A stretch of 64,000 bases of DNA from Planktothrix sp. FACHB-1365 (GCF_014697575.1 NZ_JACJSC010000008.1:29075-93074); one strand, 5' to 3'; shown: positions 10,512-20,759, counted from the first letter of the stretch. The notes: generated from the letters alone by a model not told the origin. Numbers and translations: made by a program.

Positions 10512-11723
10512 GTGCTGAAGGCAACAAAAGTTAGGTTATATCCAACATCAGAACAGGAATTGGTATTAGCTAAATCGTTTGGTTGTGCAAGATGGTATTG
10601 GAATTTTGCCTTAAACACCTGTATTCAGCACTATCAAGAAACTGGTAAAAGTTTAAAACTGGCATCCTACAAAGGGATGTTACCTCAACTCAAAAAAGAA
10701 TATCCTTGGCTCAAAGAAGATTGCTATTCATCGGTTCTCCAATGTGTAGCCATAAACTTAGATAGAGCCTACAAAAACTTTTTTGAGGGACGAGCTAAAT
10801 TTCCCAATTTCAAATCTAAACATCACAAACAATCTATCCAATATCCCCAAAGTGTTACTGTTAACGGTGAATATCTAAAAGTCCCTAAGATTGGTGAAAT
10901 CAAAGCAGTATTCCACCGAGAAGTTACGGGAAAGATTAAAACGGTAACAATCTCCAAAACTTCGACTGATAAATATTTTGCTTCAATTTTATGTGAAGTG
11001 GAAGGAACTGAAGTTAAACAGTCGGGAGATCGGATTATTGGGATTGATCTGGGGTTAAAAGATTTCGCAATTACTCATAATGGAGAGAATGCAACTAAAT
11101 ATGCTAACCCTAAACATTTATGTCGTCATCAGAAAAATTTAGCCCGAAAACAGAAAAAACTCTCCCGAAAAACCAAAGGCAGTAAATCGAGAGAGAAGTT
11201 TAGAAAAACTGTAGCTAAGGTTCATGAGAAGATAGCTAATTCCCGCCAAGATTTCTTGCATAAATTATCAAGAAAATTGGTAAACGAAAGCCAAGTGATT
11301 GTCGTTGAAAACCTCAACGTCAAGGGGATGGTTAAGAACCGAAAGTTATCTCAGTCAATATCTGATGTGGGATGGGGAAAATTTGTCAACTTTATTGATT
11401 ACAAGTTGAAGCAAAAAAATGACGAACTTGTAGAAATTGATCGCTTCTTCCCCAGTTCCAAAACCTGCTCCTGTTGTGGTCATATCCTAGATGAGTTACC
11501 TCTGGATATCAGAGAATGGGATTGCCTCAATTGCCATACTCACCATGACCGTGATGAAAACGCTGCATTAAATATCAGGAATGAAGGCATCAGAATATTA
11601 ACTGAAGGCGGAGGGAACCCCGTCTTTGCCGATGGAGGCTGTGTAAGTCCACCTGCTTGTAAAAGTAAGAGGCATCGGTCTGTGAATTCGGAAGCCTACA
11701 CCGACCCGATTAGGGCGGTGTAG
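10512..11723 (+). CDS. tnpB: TnpB (OrfB) RNA-guided endonuclease of IS200/IS605 family
   Basis: N-terminus MLKATKVRLYPTSEQE, RuvC-I GIDLGLKDFA, RuvC-II VVVENLNVKGM, zinc finger CSCCGH…CLNCHTHHDRDENAALNI. GTG start. Confidence 0.9.
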   Translation: MLKATKVRLYPTSEQELVLAKSFGCARWYWNFALNTCIQHYQETGKSLKLASYKGMLPQLKKEYPWLKEDCYSSVLQCVAINLDRAYKNFFEGRAKFPNFKSKHHKQSIQYPQSVTVNGEYLKVPKIGEIKAVFHREVTGKIKTVTISKTSTDKYFASILCEVEGTEVKQSGDRIIGIDLGLKDFAITHNGENATKYANPKHLCRHQKNLARKQKKLSRKTKGSKSREKFRKTVAKVHEKIANSRQDFLHKLSRKLVNESQVIVVENLNVKGMVKNRKLSQSISDVGWGKFVNFIDYKLKQKNDELVEIDRFFPSSKTCSCCGHILDELPLDIREWDCLNCHTHHDRDENAALNIRNEGIRILTEGGGNPVFADGGCVSPPACKSKRHRSVNSEAYTDPIRAV

Positions 11724-11800
11724 GTAGTTCACAAATTTAATGTTCACTCATAAAAACCTAGAAAAAAACCTAGAAATTTAGGTTTATAATTTAGGGAATG
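11680..11800 (+). ncRNA. Putative TnpB omegaRNA/reRNA scaffold (3' end of tnpB plus RE)
   Basis: Established knowledge that TnpB guide RNAs derive from the tnpB 3' end/RE. Sequence shows the RE hairpin at 11694..11723 and the direct repeat aaaacctagaaa x2 at 11752..11775. Boundaries not determinable by eye. Confidence 0.3.
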
Positions 11801-11808
11801 GATTTTTA

Positions 11809-12153
11809 ATGACCCAATCCATTGTTCCCATTTTTGGTGAGCAAAATTTTTATCCCAGACCCATTCAGGAGAAAATTAGCATGGCAATTCAAAATCAAGA
11901 AATCGCTGTTGAAACCCACAAGAACCAATCCGCTATTCAAGGCTGGTTGGTTTCTTATATAGCCCAACTTCTGGAAATTGATCCCAAAGAAGTTGATGTT
12001 AAAGCTTCTTTTGACCGCTATGGCTTGGATTCCTCAGCGACTATTGGATTAACTAGCGATTTAGAGAACTGGTTGGGAGGTTCTATTGATCCAACGATAA
12101 CCTATGATTATCCCTCAATTGAGTCTTTATCAAAACATCTAGCTGGATCATAA
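11809..12153 (+). CDS. Stand-alone acyl carrier protein (PP-binding domain)
   Basis: 114 aa. Phosphopantetheine attachment motif FDRYGLDSSATIGLTSDLENWLG with surrounding helices typical of FAAL-partner ACPs. Confidence 0.6.
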   Translation: MTQSIVPIFGEQNFYPRPIQEKISMAIQNQEIAVETHKNQSAIQGWLVSYIAQLLEIDPKEVDVKASFDRYGLDSSATIGLTSDLENWLGGSIDPTITYDYPSIESLSKHLAGS

Positions 12154-12251
12154 GCTAATTTATTTCTGAAAAAATATTAAACCCCTTGCTATTGGCTAGG
12201 GGTTTAAAAATTAGAGATTTAAAATATTTGTAAAATTATAAATTAACAGAT

Positions 12252-12743
12252 ATGGAAACTATTAATTTCACCGTAAACCACATAAAAGTGTCTTCAGAAA
12301 AATCCTTTGCCCAAGTGACAACGGCTATAGAGTCAATGGTTGGTAAAGCTAATAATCTGATTTTTCAAAAGCTGATCGATGCAAATGCCTCTTTTACAGA
12401 AGTAGAAAATGCAGTTAAATCAATGGTGGGTAAAAATGATTTAATGATTTTTACACACCTTGAATCTGGTAAAGTGCTTTCCTTATGTGGCAAATTTAAA
12501 CAAGCTAAACTTTATATAATGGGTAATCCCCTGATTGCGAATCAAATGTTTGAAGAAGACCCGGCAGTCGGTCTTTACGTTCCCCTGCGATTGTTTGTGT
12601 ATGATGAATATAATGGCAAAACTTATATTACCTATGATCAACCTTCATCTCTATTAGGTAGATTTGAGAATCCGAAAATTTTGAGAGTTGCAGAAATGCT
12701 CGATCAAAAGCTCCAAGAATTAGTTACAATGGCTGTCCAATAG
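12252..12743 (+). CDS. DUF302 domain protein
   Basis: C-terminal segment …YIMGNPLIANQMFEEDPAVGLYVPLRLFVYDEYNGKTYITYDQPSSL matches the DUF302 consensus (FGNP…G…L……lDLPLkvlvwed.dGkv.vsY..P). Confidence 0.5.
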   Translation: METINFTVNHIKVSSEKSFAQVTTAIESMVGKANNLIFQKLIDANASFTEVENAVKSMVGKNDLMIFTHLESGKVLSLCGKFKQAKLYIMGNPLIANQMFEEDPAVGLYVPLRLFVYDEYNGKTYITYDQPSSLLGRFENPKILRVAEMLDQKLQELVTMAVQ

Positions 12744-12875
12744 TATAGCAAAAATTAGAATTAACCCGGAGTTTAGTATTGGTGAACGACCCCTTCTTCA
12801 GTATCCCGGTTAATTGAGGGTTATGTTTACTGTAGAGAGGGTTTAGGAGATCTACACTCAAAAATCTTATATGAA

Positions 12876-13082
12876 TCAACTTTTAGGGGTTGCAAAACCA
12901 GAGTAACGGGGAAGAAAGATTATGGTTCCCCCGTCGATTTGAAAACGGTTTTGTTGTTGAGTGACGGTAGAATTTATCGGTAAGGTTCCATCTGGGATGA
13001 TTTGAGCTTGAACAGAGATAGACGCACTGGTTAGGGTGAAGGCAATCAGACCTAATGGCCATTGGGGGGATGTCATGGGCAC
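12876..13082 (-). pseudogene. Remnant N-terminus of a TpsA/CHAT-type secreted protein (haemagglutination-activity TPS domain)
   Basis: Signal peptide followed by QIIPDGTLPINSTVTQQQNRFQIDGGT, the hallmark start of the TPS domain. The ORF then terminates after 68 aa with no continuation. Confidence 0.45.
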
Positions 13083-13399
13083 AAAAGAGGAACTGAGTTT
13101 AAATTCTCTCTTGAGTATATCAGGAAACTGTCGCGTGCGGTTGTTATCGGAAACAGGACTTACGCAGTGACGCTACAGATATAGCACTACGCATTACAGT
13201 TAGGACATTTCTAAATCCTGAAACCCTTTCACTTCTTACTGTTCGGTGTTCGGTGTTCGGTGTTCCCTCTTCAAGTAGCGCTATAGCGTCACTGGGTAAG
13301 TCCTGAGATGTTAATGGGATAAAGTCGATATCCCTGGAAAATAAGATTTAATTTTATCCTTCATAGTTTTGTAAAGTTAGTAAGGGGTTCACGTTTCTA

Positions 13400-15205
13400 C
13401 TATTTGATGGGGGATAATCCATATAACCAAACGATTAATAATGGGGTAACAATCGTTAGGATTAAATTCAAAGGAGCACCAACCCGGGTAAAGTCGAAAA
13501 ATTTATATCCCCCTGGACTGTAAACCATTGTATTGGTTTGATAGCCAATGGGGGTCATATAACTATTAGAAGCAGCAAAGGTGACAGCATACATAAAGGC
13601 AAAGGGATTTAAGCCTAATGTTACAGCAACTTTTACTGCAATTGGAATCATTAAGACAACGGTTGCATTATTTGATAGAATTTCTGTTAGAAGCGATGTG
13701 GCAATATAGAACAATAATAAAATCCAATAACCGGATAAATTACCCCCAAAACTAACTAACGTATCAGCTAACCATTGAGTGGCGCCCGATTTATCCATTG
13801 CAATTCCTAATGGAATTAATCCTGCTAATAAAAAGATTACATCCCAACGGACAGCGCCATAAATTTCTCCGGGTTTGATACATCCTGTCACAACCATTAA
13901 AATCACACCCGCTAAAGCACTAACTAAAATAGGCATTAAATCAAAAGCGGCGACAACAATAACGCCTAAAATAATAGCCAGTGCGACCCAAGCTTTATCT
14001 TGTCTGAGATTTTCGACATCTCGCTCTTCTAAAACTAACAGTTCTCGTGTAGTTTGTAACCCAATAAAGCTTTGTTTAGGGCCTTGAAGTAATAACAAAT
14101 CCCCAAATCTTAAAGGAACTTTCCCTAATCGTCCTTGGACTAATTCTGAACCTCGACGAATAGCTAAAACCGTTGCGTTATAGCGTTGACGAAATCTTAA
14201 ATCTTTTAAAGTTGTTCCAATTAATCGAGAATTCGATAAAATTAAAACTTCGGCTATTTTTTCTTCTCCTGAACTCAAAACTGTTTCTAAGGATTCTTCT
14301 TTAAACTTAACATCGGGAAGCAGTTCTAAACCTCTCTCATCTCGAATTTTGAGTAAATCTTCTCGACTGCTGCGAACAATTAAAATATCTCCTGCACTTA
14401 ATACTTTATCCCCCAAAGGTTGGGGAAAGCGCATCTTATTTTGAATTAATTCAAGTACATCTAAATCAAATTTGCGTTGTATTTCGCTTTGATTAACGGT
14501 TTGTCCGACTAAGCTAGAACGAGGAGTAACAACCAGTTCACTCACATAATCTTTTAACCCATATTCTTGTTCAAGAATTTCAAAATTTGCGGGTTTGCGG
14601 TCAGGTAAGAGTCGAGGCGCAATAACCGCTAAATAGATGATACCGATAATAAAAGTGATAATCCCTAATGGGGTAAATTGAAATAACTGAAATTCCCCAT
14701 ATCCCATTTGTTTAGAAATTCCACTGGCTAAAACGTTTGTTGAAGTTCCAATGACAGTAATCATCCCCCCTAAAACCGTTGCATACGATAAGGGAATTAA
14801 TAATTTAGAGGGAGAAATTCTTTGTTTGCGACACCAATCTTCAATAATGGGTAAGAAAATTGCCACAACTGCGGTGTTATTAATAAATGCAGTAATGGGG
14901 CCTACAATTAATCCCATGACTAAAATTTGTTGACCTGCCGTTTTTCCGCCCCATTTCACTAACCAATCTCGAACGGTTTGTACAACTCCGGTTTTAGTAA
15001 TTCCCGCACTTAAAATAAACATCGCCATCACCGTAATTGTGGCAGAGTTACCAAACCCCGATATGCCTTCATCCGGTGTGACTAACTTCAAAATCATTAA
15101 CACAACGGTAACGGTGAGGGCGGTTAAATCAACGGGAAGCCACTCAAAAATAAAGGCAATTAAAGCCAGAACAACAATACTAAGAGTTAGAATAATATTA
15201 GTCAT
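13400..15205 (-). CDS. SLC13/DASS-family anion permease with two internal TrkA-C domains
   Basis: N- and C-terminal CitMHS/ArsB-like TM repeats flanking a cytoplasmic region with two TrkA_C-like segments. Start moved to MTNIILTL (the longest ORF begins 48 nt earlier). Confidence 0.7.
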   Translation of the reverse strand: MTNIILTLSIVVLALIAFIFEWLPVDLTALTVTVVLMILKLVTPDEGISGFGNSATITVMAMFILSAGITKTGVVQTVRDWLVKWGGKTAGQQILVMGLIVGPITAFINNTAVVAIFLPIIEDWCRKQRISPSKLLIPLSYATVLGGMITVIGTSTNVLASGISKQMGYGEFQLFQFTPLGIITFIIGIIYLAVIAPRLLPDRKPANFEILEQEYGLKDYVSELVVTPRSSLVGQTVNQSEIQRKFDLDVLELIQNKMRFPQPLGDKVLSAGDILIVRSSREDLLKIRDERGLELLPDVKFKEESLETVLSSGEEKIAEVLILSNSRLIGTTLKDLRFRQRYNATVLAIRRGSELVQGRLGKVPLRFGDLLLLQGPKQSFIGLQTTRELLVLEERDVENLRQDKAWVALAIILGVIVVAAFDLMPILVSALAGVILMVVTGCIKPGEIYGAVRWDVIFLLAGLIPLGIAMDKSGATQWLADTLVSFGGNLSGYWILLLFYIATSLLTEILSNNATVVLMIPIAVKVAVTLGLNPFAFMYAVTFAASNSYMTPIGYQTNTMVYSPGGYKFFDFTRVGAPLNLILTIVTPLLIVWLYGLSPIK

Positions 15206-15285
15206 GAAAAATGTAATAGTGTTTATACGATGTAGGGGCGGGGTCATCCCCACCCATCATCAGTCAGCAGCTACTCTCTCTTGAC

Positions 15286-16797
15286 CTAAGATTTAGGCTT
15301 TTCAGAGGGTGCTGTTGTCGCTTTAGGGGAAGGAGAAGCTTTAGGAGTTGGACTCACCGTCGGTGCAGGGGTTGGAGTGGGTGAAACCGTTGTGTTAGGA
15401 GCCGCAGGGGTGCTAACGGCTGGGGTTGTCGCAGGTTCACCCATAATACTTGGATTTCCATTATCATAGAATCCCGCTAAACAAGCAATCATCATGGTGG
15501 CTAAGGTTCCAGCAAATAAAGCTTTCCAGCCTAATTCGGAAATATCTTTTCGCCGAGAAGGAACTAAACCCACCATTCCGCCAACAAAAATTCCCACTGA
15601 AGCGACATGGGCAAAACCGGATAAAGCATAACTAACAATTAACACCGTTCGAGGTGTAATTAATCCTTCTTTGGCGGCTTCTGCTAAGGCTTGATAGGGA
15701 GGAATTGCTGTTTCTAATAACCGACGACCAATAATTACCGAAGCTGTCCAAGAATCTTCAAAGGGAACTCCGGTTAAAATGGTTAAGGGATAAAATATAA
15801 ATCCCAAAATATTCGCTAAGGTTAGAACTTGAAAAACGTCTCCCACTGGACTCGGTAATAAACCTAACCACCCTGAAAATTGATTGACTAAAGAAACTAA
15901 TCCTAAAATTAAGATCAAAACCGCAGCAATAGCAACGGACATTTTCACCCCATCTAATGCCCCAATAATCGCAGAGTCTAGGGGGCTAACTCGCTCCATC
16001 AATTCACCGCCAACGGTTTCTAAATGGGGTTCTCCGTCTTCATGGGTAATTAAGTTTTCTTCTTTCTTTTCTTCGGGTAATTTTCCTAATGTTAGGGGTT
16101 TATCGGTTTCAGGAACTAAGATTTTAGAAATCACAAAACAGGCTGGAATTGCCATAATAGAAGCAGAGACTAAATGCCCTAAAATATTCGGAAAAACAGG
16201 TCTTAAGAAACTCACATAAATGGCTAAGGTTGAAGAAGCCGCCGTTCCAAAACAACAACTGAGAATCGCACACAGTTCAGAACGGGTCATCTTTTCTAAG
16301 TAGGGTTTAACCACAATGGCGGCTTCAATTCCCACAAAAATATTAGCCGCCCCGCTTAAGGCTTCTGCCCCACTTAAGCGCATCGTTTTATAGAATAACT
16401 TAGCAAAAACATTCGTAACAACTTGAATCACACCTAAGTTATATAACAGTGCCATTAAGCCGGAGAAGAAAATAACGGTTGGTAAGGCTCTAAATGCAAA
16501 AATATAACCTAAATTAACATCAGGAGTTTGCCCAGGAAGGGGAACAATATTTTTTCCAAAAACAAATCGAGCCCCTGTATCTGCGGCTGTAAATAAGCTA
16601 TCGAGAAGGCTACTAAACCATTCTAAAGCCGTTCTGGTGGGTGGGAAAAGAAATACGAAAAAGGCTAAAACCAATTGTAAACCAATCCCTAAACCCATTG
16701 TTCGCCAAGGGATGACTCGTTTATTTTCTGAGAATAACCAAGCTATAAAGCATAAGCCAAAGATTCCCAAAAAAGAAATTAAATTTAGGTAACTCAT
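15286..16797 (-). CDS. Concentrative nucleoside transporter (NupC/CNT family) with Pro/Thr/Ser-rich C-terminal tail
   Basis: CNT-like N-terminal TM region, 'gate' and C-terminal domains (…GIEAAIVVKPY…, …GFAHVASVGIFVGG…). The last ~50 aa are low-complexity PTS-rich (TTPAVSTPAAPNTTVSPTPTPAPTVSPTPKASPSPKATTAPSEKPKS). Confidence 0.65.
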   Translation of the reverse strand: MSYLNLISFLGIFGLCFIAWLFSENKRVIPWRTMGLGIGLQLVLAFFVFLFPPTRTALEWFSSLLDSLFTAADTGARFVFGKNIVPLPGQTPDVNLGYIFAFRALPTVIFFSGLMALLYNLGVIQVVTNVFAKLFYKTMRLSGAEALSGAANIFVGIEAAIVVKPYLEKMTRSELCAILSCCFGTAASSTLAIYVSFLRPVFPNILGHLVSASIMAIPACFVISKILVPETDKPLTLGKLPEEKKEENLITHEDGEPHLETVGGELMERVSPLDSAIIGALDGVKMSVAIAAVLILILGLVSLVNQFSGWLGLLPSPVGDVFQVLTLANILGFIFYPLTILTGVPFEDSWTASVIIGRRLLETAIPPYQALAEAAKEGLITPRTVLIVSYALSGFAHVASVGIFVGGMVGLVPSRRKDISELGWKALFAGTLATMMIACLAGFYDNGNPSIMGEPATTPAVSTPAAPNTTVSPTPTPAPTVSPTPKASPSPKATTAPSEKPKS

Positions 16798-16969
16798 AAG
16801 TGTTTTTGGCTATATTCCTGATTAATTATTTCCCCATTTCCAGCACCCTGGGTTCTCGTCCTGATTCTATGGCGAATGGGGTCAATTGGCAATACTGTTG
16901 AGTGAAACTCACAACACCCACTCGGAAGTTAGGTTCAGGGACGAAACCCAAAAACAACAAACACCGTTT

Positions 16970-17026
16970 AAAAAAAGACAGGGTTAGCTGTGAGTCGTTG
17001 AGTGCAACGCTACCACTAACCCTGTC
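16970..17026 (-). terminator. Rho-independent terminator downstream of the P-type ATPase gene
   Basis: On the minus strand, hairpin gacagggttag…ctaaccctgtc (11-bp stem) is immediately followed by UUUUUUU (plus-strand a7 at 16970..16976). Confidence 0.55.
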
Positions 17027-17099
17027 AAACGTCAATGTCACCAGACCCAAAAACCGAGTTTATAATCGTTATCTTGGGGTTTCAATTCAGAGTTATCCT

Positions 17100-19901
17100 T
17101 TACAAAGTCGGATTTTGACGACGTTGGAAAAACCATCTTTGAACCAGTTTTTCCATTTCAATCCAGACAAACATTAAGGCACTAAAACCTAAACAGATTA
17201 ACAATTCTGTAGATGTTAAAGCGTGAGTTCCAAAGAAACTTTGTAAGGGTGGAACATAAATTAATAGTAATTGAAGAACTGTAGTTAATAAAACCGCAGC
17301 CCAAAGATAAAGATTTGTTGCAGGATTCATTTGTATCGTCAGTTGGTTATCAGAACGCACCGCTAACGCATGACCCATTTGGGCTAAACATAAGGTTGTA
17401 AACACCATTGTTTTCCAGCGTTCAGGATTACCCGCGATTTTAGTATGATCGTAAGCCCAAACCATTAAAACAATCGTTAAAATGGCAAAAATAATCCCAA
17501 TTCTCACCATATATAAGCCTAATCCTCGCGCAAAAATACTTTCACGGGGATTATTAGGAGGACGTTGCATCACCGCAGGTTCGGCGGGTTCCATCGCTAA
17601 GGCTAAAGCCGGTAAACCATCGGTTACAAGGTTCATCCATAAAATTTGTAATGGGGATAAGGGAACGCCCCCTAACCCTAAAATTGGAGAAGATGCAATT
17701 ACTAACACTTCCCCAATATTACTACCGAGAATATATTTAACAAAACGGCGAATATTACTATAAACTACTCGCCCTTCTTCTGTGGCGGCAACAATAGTAG
17801 CAAAGTTATCATCCAACAAAATCATATCACTGGCTTCTTTACTAACATCAGTTCCAGTAATTCCCATCGCAATACCAATATCCGCTTGTTTTAAGGCGGG
17901 AGCATCATTAACTCCATCCCCGGTCATGGCGACAAATTCACCATTCTTTTGTAAGGCTTGAACAATACGAAGTTTATGTTCAGGAGAAACCCTCGCATAA
18001 ACACTGACTTGTTCAACTTCTTGTTCTAATTCGGTTTGAGAAAGTTTCTGTAATTCTTGACCTGTTAAGCTTAAATCATCAGGGGTAGCGATGCCTAAAT
18101 CTTGAGCAATGACTTTCGCGGTTAATTGATGATCTCCGGTAATCATTACTGGACGAATTCCGGCTTCTCGACACCGTTTAACCGCTTCTCGAACTTCAGG
18201 ACGCGGCGCATCTAACATTCCCACTAATCCTAACCAAACTAATTCCTGTTCGGCGGCTTCTTCAGTGCCTTCTTCGGGTAATGTTGTTAAAGAGCGAGTG
18301 GCAAATCCTAAAACTCGTAATCCTTTCCCAGCCATTTCATTATTTTGGTTGAGAATTCGTTGACGGTCAGCTTCAGTTAAAGAAACCGTTTGATTTCCAA
18401 CCAAAACAGAATCACATTGAGCTAAAATCAACTCCGGTGATCCTTTCGTAAACATCGAAAATTTATCATCAGATTGACAAATCACACTCATGCGCTTGCG
18501 TTCTGAAGAGAAAGGAATTTCAGCAAGACGGGGATTTTGTTGATTATGAGTTTCTCTAAATAAACCGACTTTTCCCGCTAACGATAATAACGCTCCTTCT
18601 GTGGGATCTCCTAAAATAATCCATTGATTTTTATCTTGTTGTAATTGAGCATCATTACATAAAACACAGGCTGTTAAAATGGGTTGTAAAACTTCAGCAG
18701 CAGGAGAGAGGGTGCTATTTTCGTCAGAGGTAATCAATCGTAATTCCCCAACGGGATCATATCCTTCTCCGGTGACTTGAAACACTTCATTTAAGGTATA
18801 AACCGATTGCACCACCATTTTATTTTGGGTGAGAGTTCCGGTTTTATCTGAACAAATGGTGGTGACAGAACCCAAGGTTTCTACCGCAGGCAATTTACGA
18901 ATTAACGCATGACGCCGTACCATGCGTTGGGTGCCAATGGCTAAAGTTACCGTTACCACAGCAGGTAAACCTTCGGGAACCACCGCCACCGCCATACTCA
19001 GAGACACTTCTAATAAATCTTCTAAACGGCTAAAACTTCCGGTTCTAATCACACCGCCAATGACCACTAAGGCGACTAAGGCTAAAGACCCACTGACCAA
19101 CACATTCCCTAACTGAGACATTCGTTGCTGGAGAGGCGTCGGTTCACTTTCAACGCCTTGAATCATTTCCGCAATACGTCCCAGTTCCGTTGTCATTCCC
19201 GTATTGGTGACAATTACTTGTCCCCGTCCCTGGACAACTTCTGTCCCCATAAATACCATATTAAGGCGATCGCCTAATGGGGCATCTTCGGGTAATTCCA
19301 CATTGGGCCTTTTAATCACGCCCTCTGCTTCTCCCGTTAAGGCTGCTTCTCGCACTTGCAAATTCTGAGCTTCAATTAAGCGACCATCGGCTGGAATTTG
19401 CACCCCCGCTTCGAGAAACATGATATCCCCTGGAACCAATTCTTTTGCTGAAACTTCCAACAGCTTACCGTCCCGCATCACCCTAACTTTCGGTGAAGAC
19501 ATCCGTTTGAGGGCTGCTAAGGCTTGTTCTGCACGGCTTTCTTGAAAATAGCCTAACATCCCATTCAAAATCACAATCGCAAAAATGGCAACGGCATCCT
19601 TGGGAAAGGCTCCCTTTCGTAAATCGATAAAGGCAGATACAATGGCAACAGCAATCAACATCACGAGCATAATATTCGTGAACTGATCCCATAAAATCTC
19701 CAAGGGACTGCGACCCGCGCCTTCTTCTAATTCATTCAGACCATACTGTTGTTGTCGTTGAGTCACCTGGTGTGGGGTTAACCCGGTTTCGCTATCTGTA
19801 TCGAGTACCTTGAGGGCTTTCTCAGCAGCGAAGCTGTGCCAAGTGGTAATAGGTTTTAAGGTCGAATCAGAAGACATTGATGAGGATTCGGGAGATACCA
19901 T
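17100..19901 (-). CDS. Cation-transporting P-type ATPase, P2 (PacL/Ca2+-ATPase-like)
   Basis: DKTGTLT phosphorylation motif, [28 protein letters not shown], 10 TM topology, 933 aa. Confidence 0.85.
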   Translation of the reverse strand: MVSPESSSMSSDSTLKPITTWHSFAAEKALKVLDTDSETGLTPHQVTQRQQQYGLNELEEGAGRSPLEILWDQFTNIMLVMLIAVAIVSAFIDLRKGAFPKDAVAIFAIVILNGMLGYFQESRAEQALAALKRMSSPKVRVMRDGKLLEVSAKELVPGDIMFLEAGVQIPADGRLIEAQNLQVREAALTGEAEGVIKRPNVELPEDAPLGDRLNMVFMGTEVVQGRGQVIVTNTGMTTELGRIAEMIQGVESEPTPLQQRMSQLGNVLVSGSLALVALVVIGGVIRTGSFSRLEDLLEVSLSMAVAVVPEGLPAVVTVTLAIGTQRMVRRHALIRKLPAVETLGSVTTICSDKTGTLTQNKMVVQSVYTLNEVFQVTGEGYDPVGELRLITSDENSTLSPAAEVLQPILTACVLCNDAQLQQDKNQWIILGDPTEGALLSLAGKVGLFRETHNQQNPRLAEIPFSSERKRMSVICQSDDKFSMFTKGSPELILAQCDSVLVGNQTVSLTEADRQRILNQNNEMAGKGLRVLGFATRSLTTLPEEGTEEAAEQELVWLGLVGMLDAPRPEVREAVKRCREAGIRPVMITGDHQLTAKVIAQDLGIATPDDLSLTGQELQKLSQTELEQEVEQVSVYARVSPEHKLRIVQALQKNGEFVAMTGDGVNDAPALKQADIGIAMGITGTDVSKEASDMILLDDNFATIVAATEEGRVVYSNIRRFVKYILGSNIGEVLVIASSPILGLGGVPLSPLQILWMNLVTDGLPALALAMEPAEPAVMQRPPNNPRESIFARGLGLYMVRIGIIFAILTIVLMVWAYDHTKIAGNPERWKTMVFTTLCLAQMGHALAVRSDNQLTIQMNPATNLYLWAAVLLTTVLQLLLIYVPPLQSFFGTHALTSTELLICLGFSALMFVWIEMEKLVQRWFFQRRQNPTL

Positions 19902-20191
19902 TGTCTACTTCCTAAACGTTCCGGCTAATCTACTCTGATCAAATCATAGGTGATTTGTAGGATGTCTGGAAACCCGCACCCGATCTATTTTGAGGCTAGT
20001 CCAGAGGAATTAATACTTAAAAAGGCATTTTTTTGAGCCATTTATTGTTATTAATCTTTATATCAACAGTCCTCCGTCAACGATCGAGTACAATAGGCGA
20101 CAGAGTTAATCAATTTTGATTTTTTGGCATTAAAACCGTTCCTAGCTTAATTGCATCACCCAGTCAATGTTTTAGAATTTCTAACGTCATA

Positions 20192-20737
20192 ATGCAAATT
20201 GCCAAACTGTTAAATTCAATCTCTCTGCGAGTCGGGTTGACCCTGCTGCTACCCATTGCTTTCGTGAGTAGTTTTGTCACCGATAGCCTAGTGAGTTCCA
20301 CTCCTAGCTATGCCCAAAATGCACCTGCGGCTAAAAACGCTGTGGGACGGGCCATGACCGTTCGGTCTGATATTCAAGAAGCCGATGCTCAGACGGGAAT
20401 TGTTACCGCACGGGGTAACGTCCAGATTAACTATCCCGCCCGCAGTATTCAAGCGACAGCGGCCCAAGCTCAATATTTTAGTCGAGAACGTCGAATTGTC
20501 CTGAGTGGCAATGTGTTTGTTTTGCAAGAAGGCAACACCATTCGAGGGGAAACCGTCACCTATTTGATTGATGAAGGACGATTTATTGCTTTACCTCAAG
20601 GAGGCGGACAAGTAGAATCGATGTATTTAGTCCCCGATGAAAGTGCTAGTCCTAAAAACGCAACGGTAGAACCTTTTAATCCTAAACCTGCGTTTAAAAC
20701 TCCCTTAAGTTCACCTTCAGCACCTCGTAACCCTTAA
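20192..20737 (+). CDS. LptA/OstA-like periplasmic LPS-transport protein
   Basis: Signal peptide plus OstA_N beta-jellyroll repeats (RGNVQINYP…LSGNVFVLQEGNTIRGETVTY). Lies immediately upstream of lptB. Confidence 0.6.
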   Translation: MQIAKLLNSISLRVGLTLLLPIAFVSSFVTDSLVSSTPSYAQNAPAAKNAVGRAMTVRSDIQEADAQTGIVTARGNVQINYPARSIQATAAQAQYFSRERRIVLSGNVFVLQEGNTIRGETVTYLIDEGRFIALPQGGGQVESMYLVPDESASPKNATVEPFNPKPAFKTPLSSPSAPRNP

Positions 20738-20759
20738 GTTATTTCTAACAGATTTCCTT

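Larger units (their letters stand above)
10400..11800 (+). mobile_element. IS200/IS605-family insertion sequence, TnpB-only (IS1341-like)
   Basis: tnpB ORF flanked by sub-terminal hairpins with related loops. LE: cccacg-[actgacccgatagggaag]-cgtggg at 10415..10444. RE: cctacaccg-[acccgattaggg]-cggtgtagg at 11694..11723, overlapping the tnpB stop. It sits between a desaturase array and an ACP gene that would otherwise be contiguous. Exact ends are not determinable by eye. Confidence 0.7.

Noticed and set aside
13178-13190. 13-bp motif gatatagcactac shared between intergenic regions at 13178 and 22711
   Set aside because: Exact 13-mer matches between two sites are expected by chance dozens of times in a 64-kb window on two strands, and there is no extended similarity around them.
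16826-17177. ORFs of 74 and 91 aa between the NupC and P-type ATPase genes
   Set aside because: They overlap the strong intrinsic terminator hairpin and UTRs of the flanking minus-strand genes. No motif.
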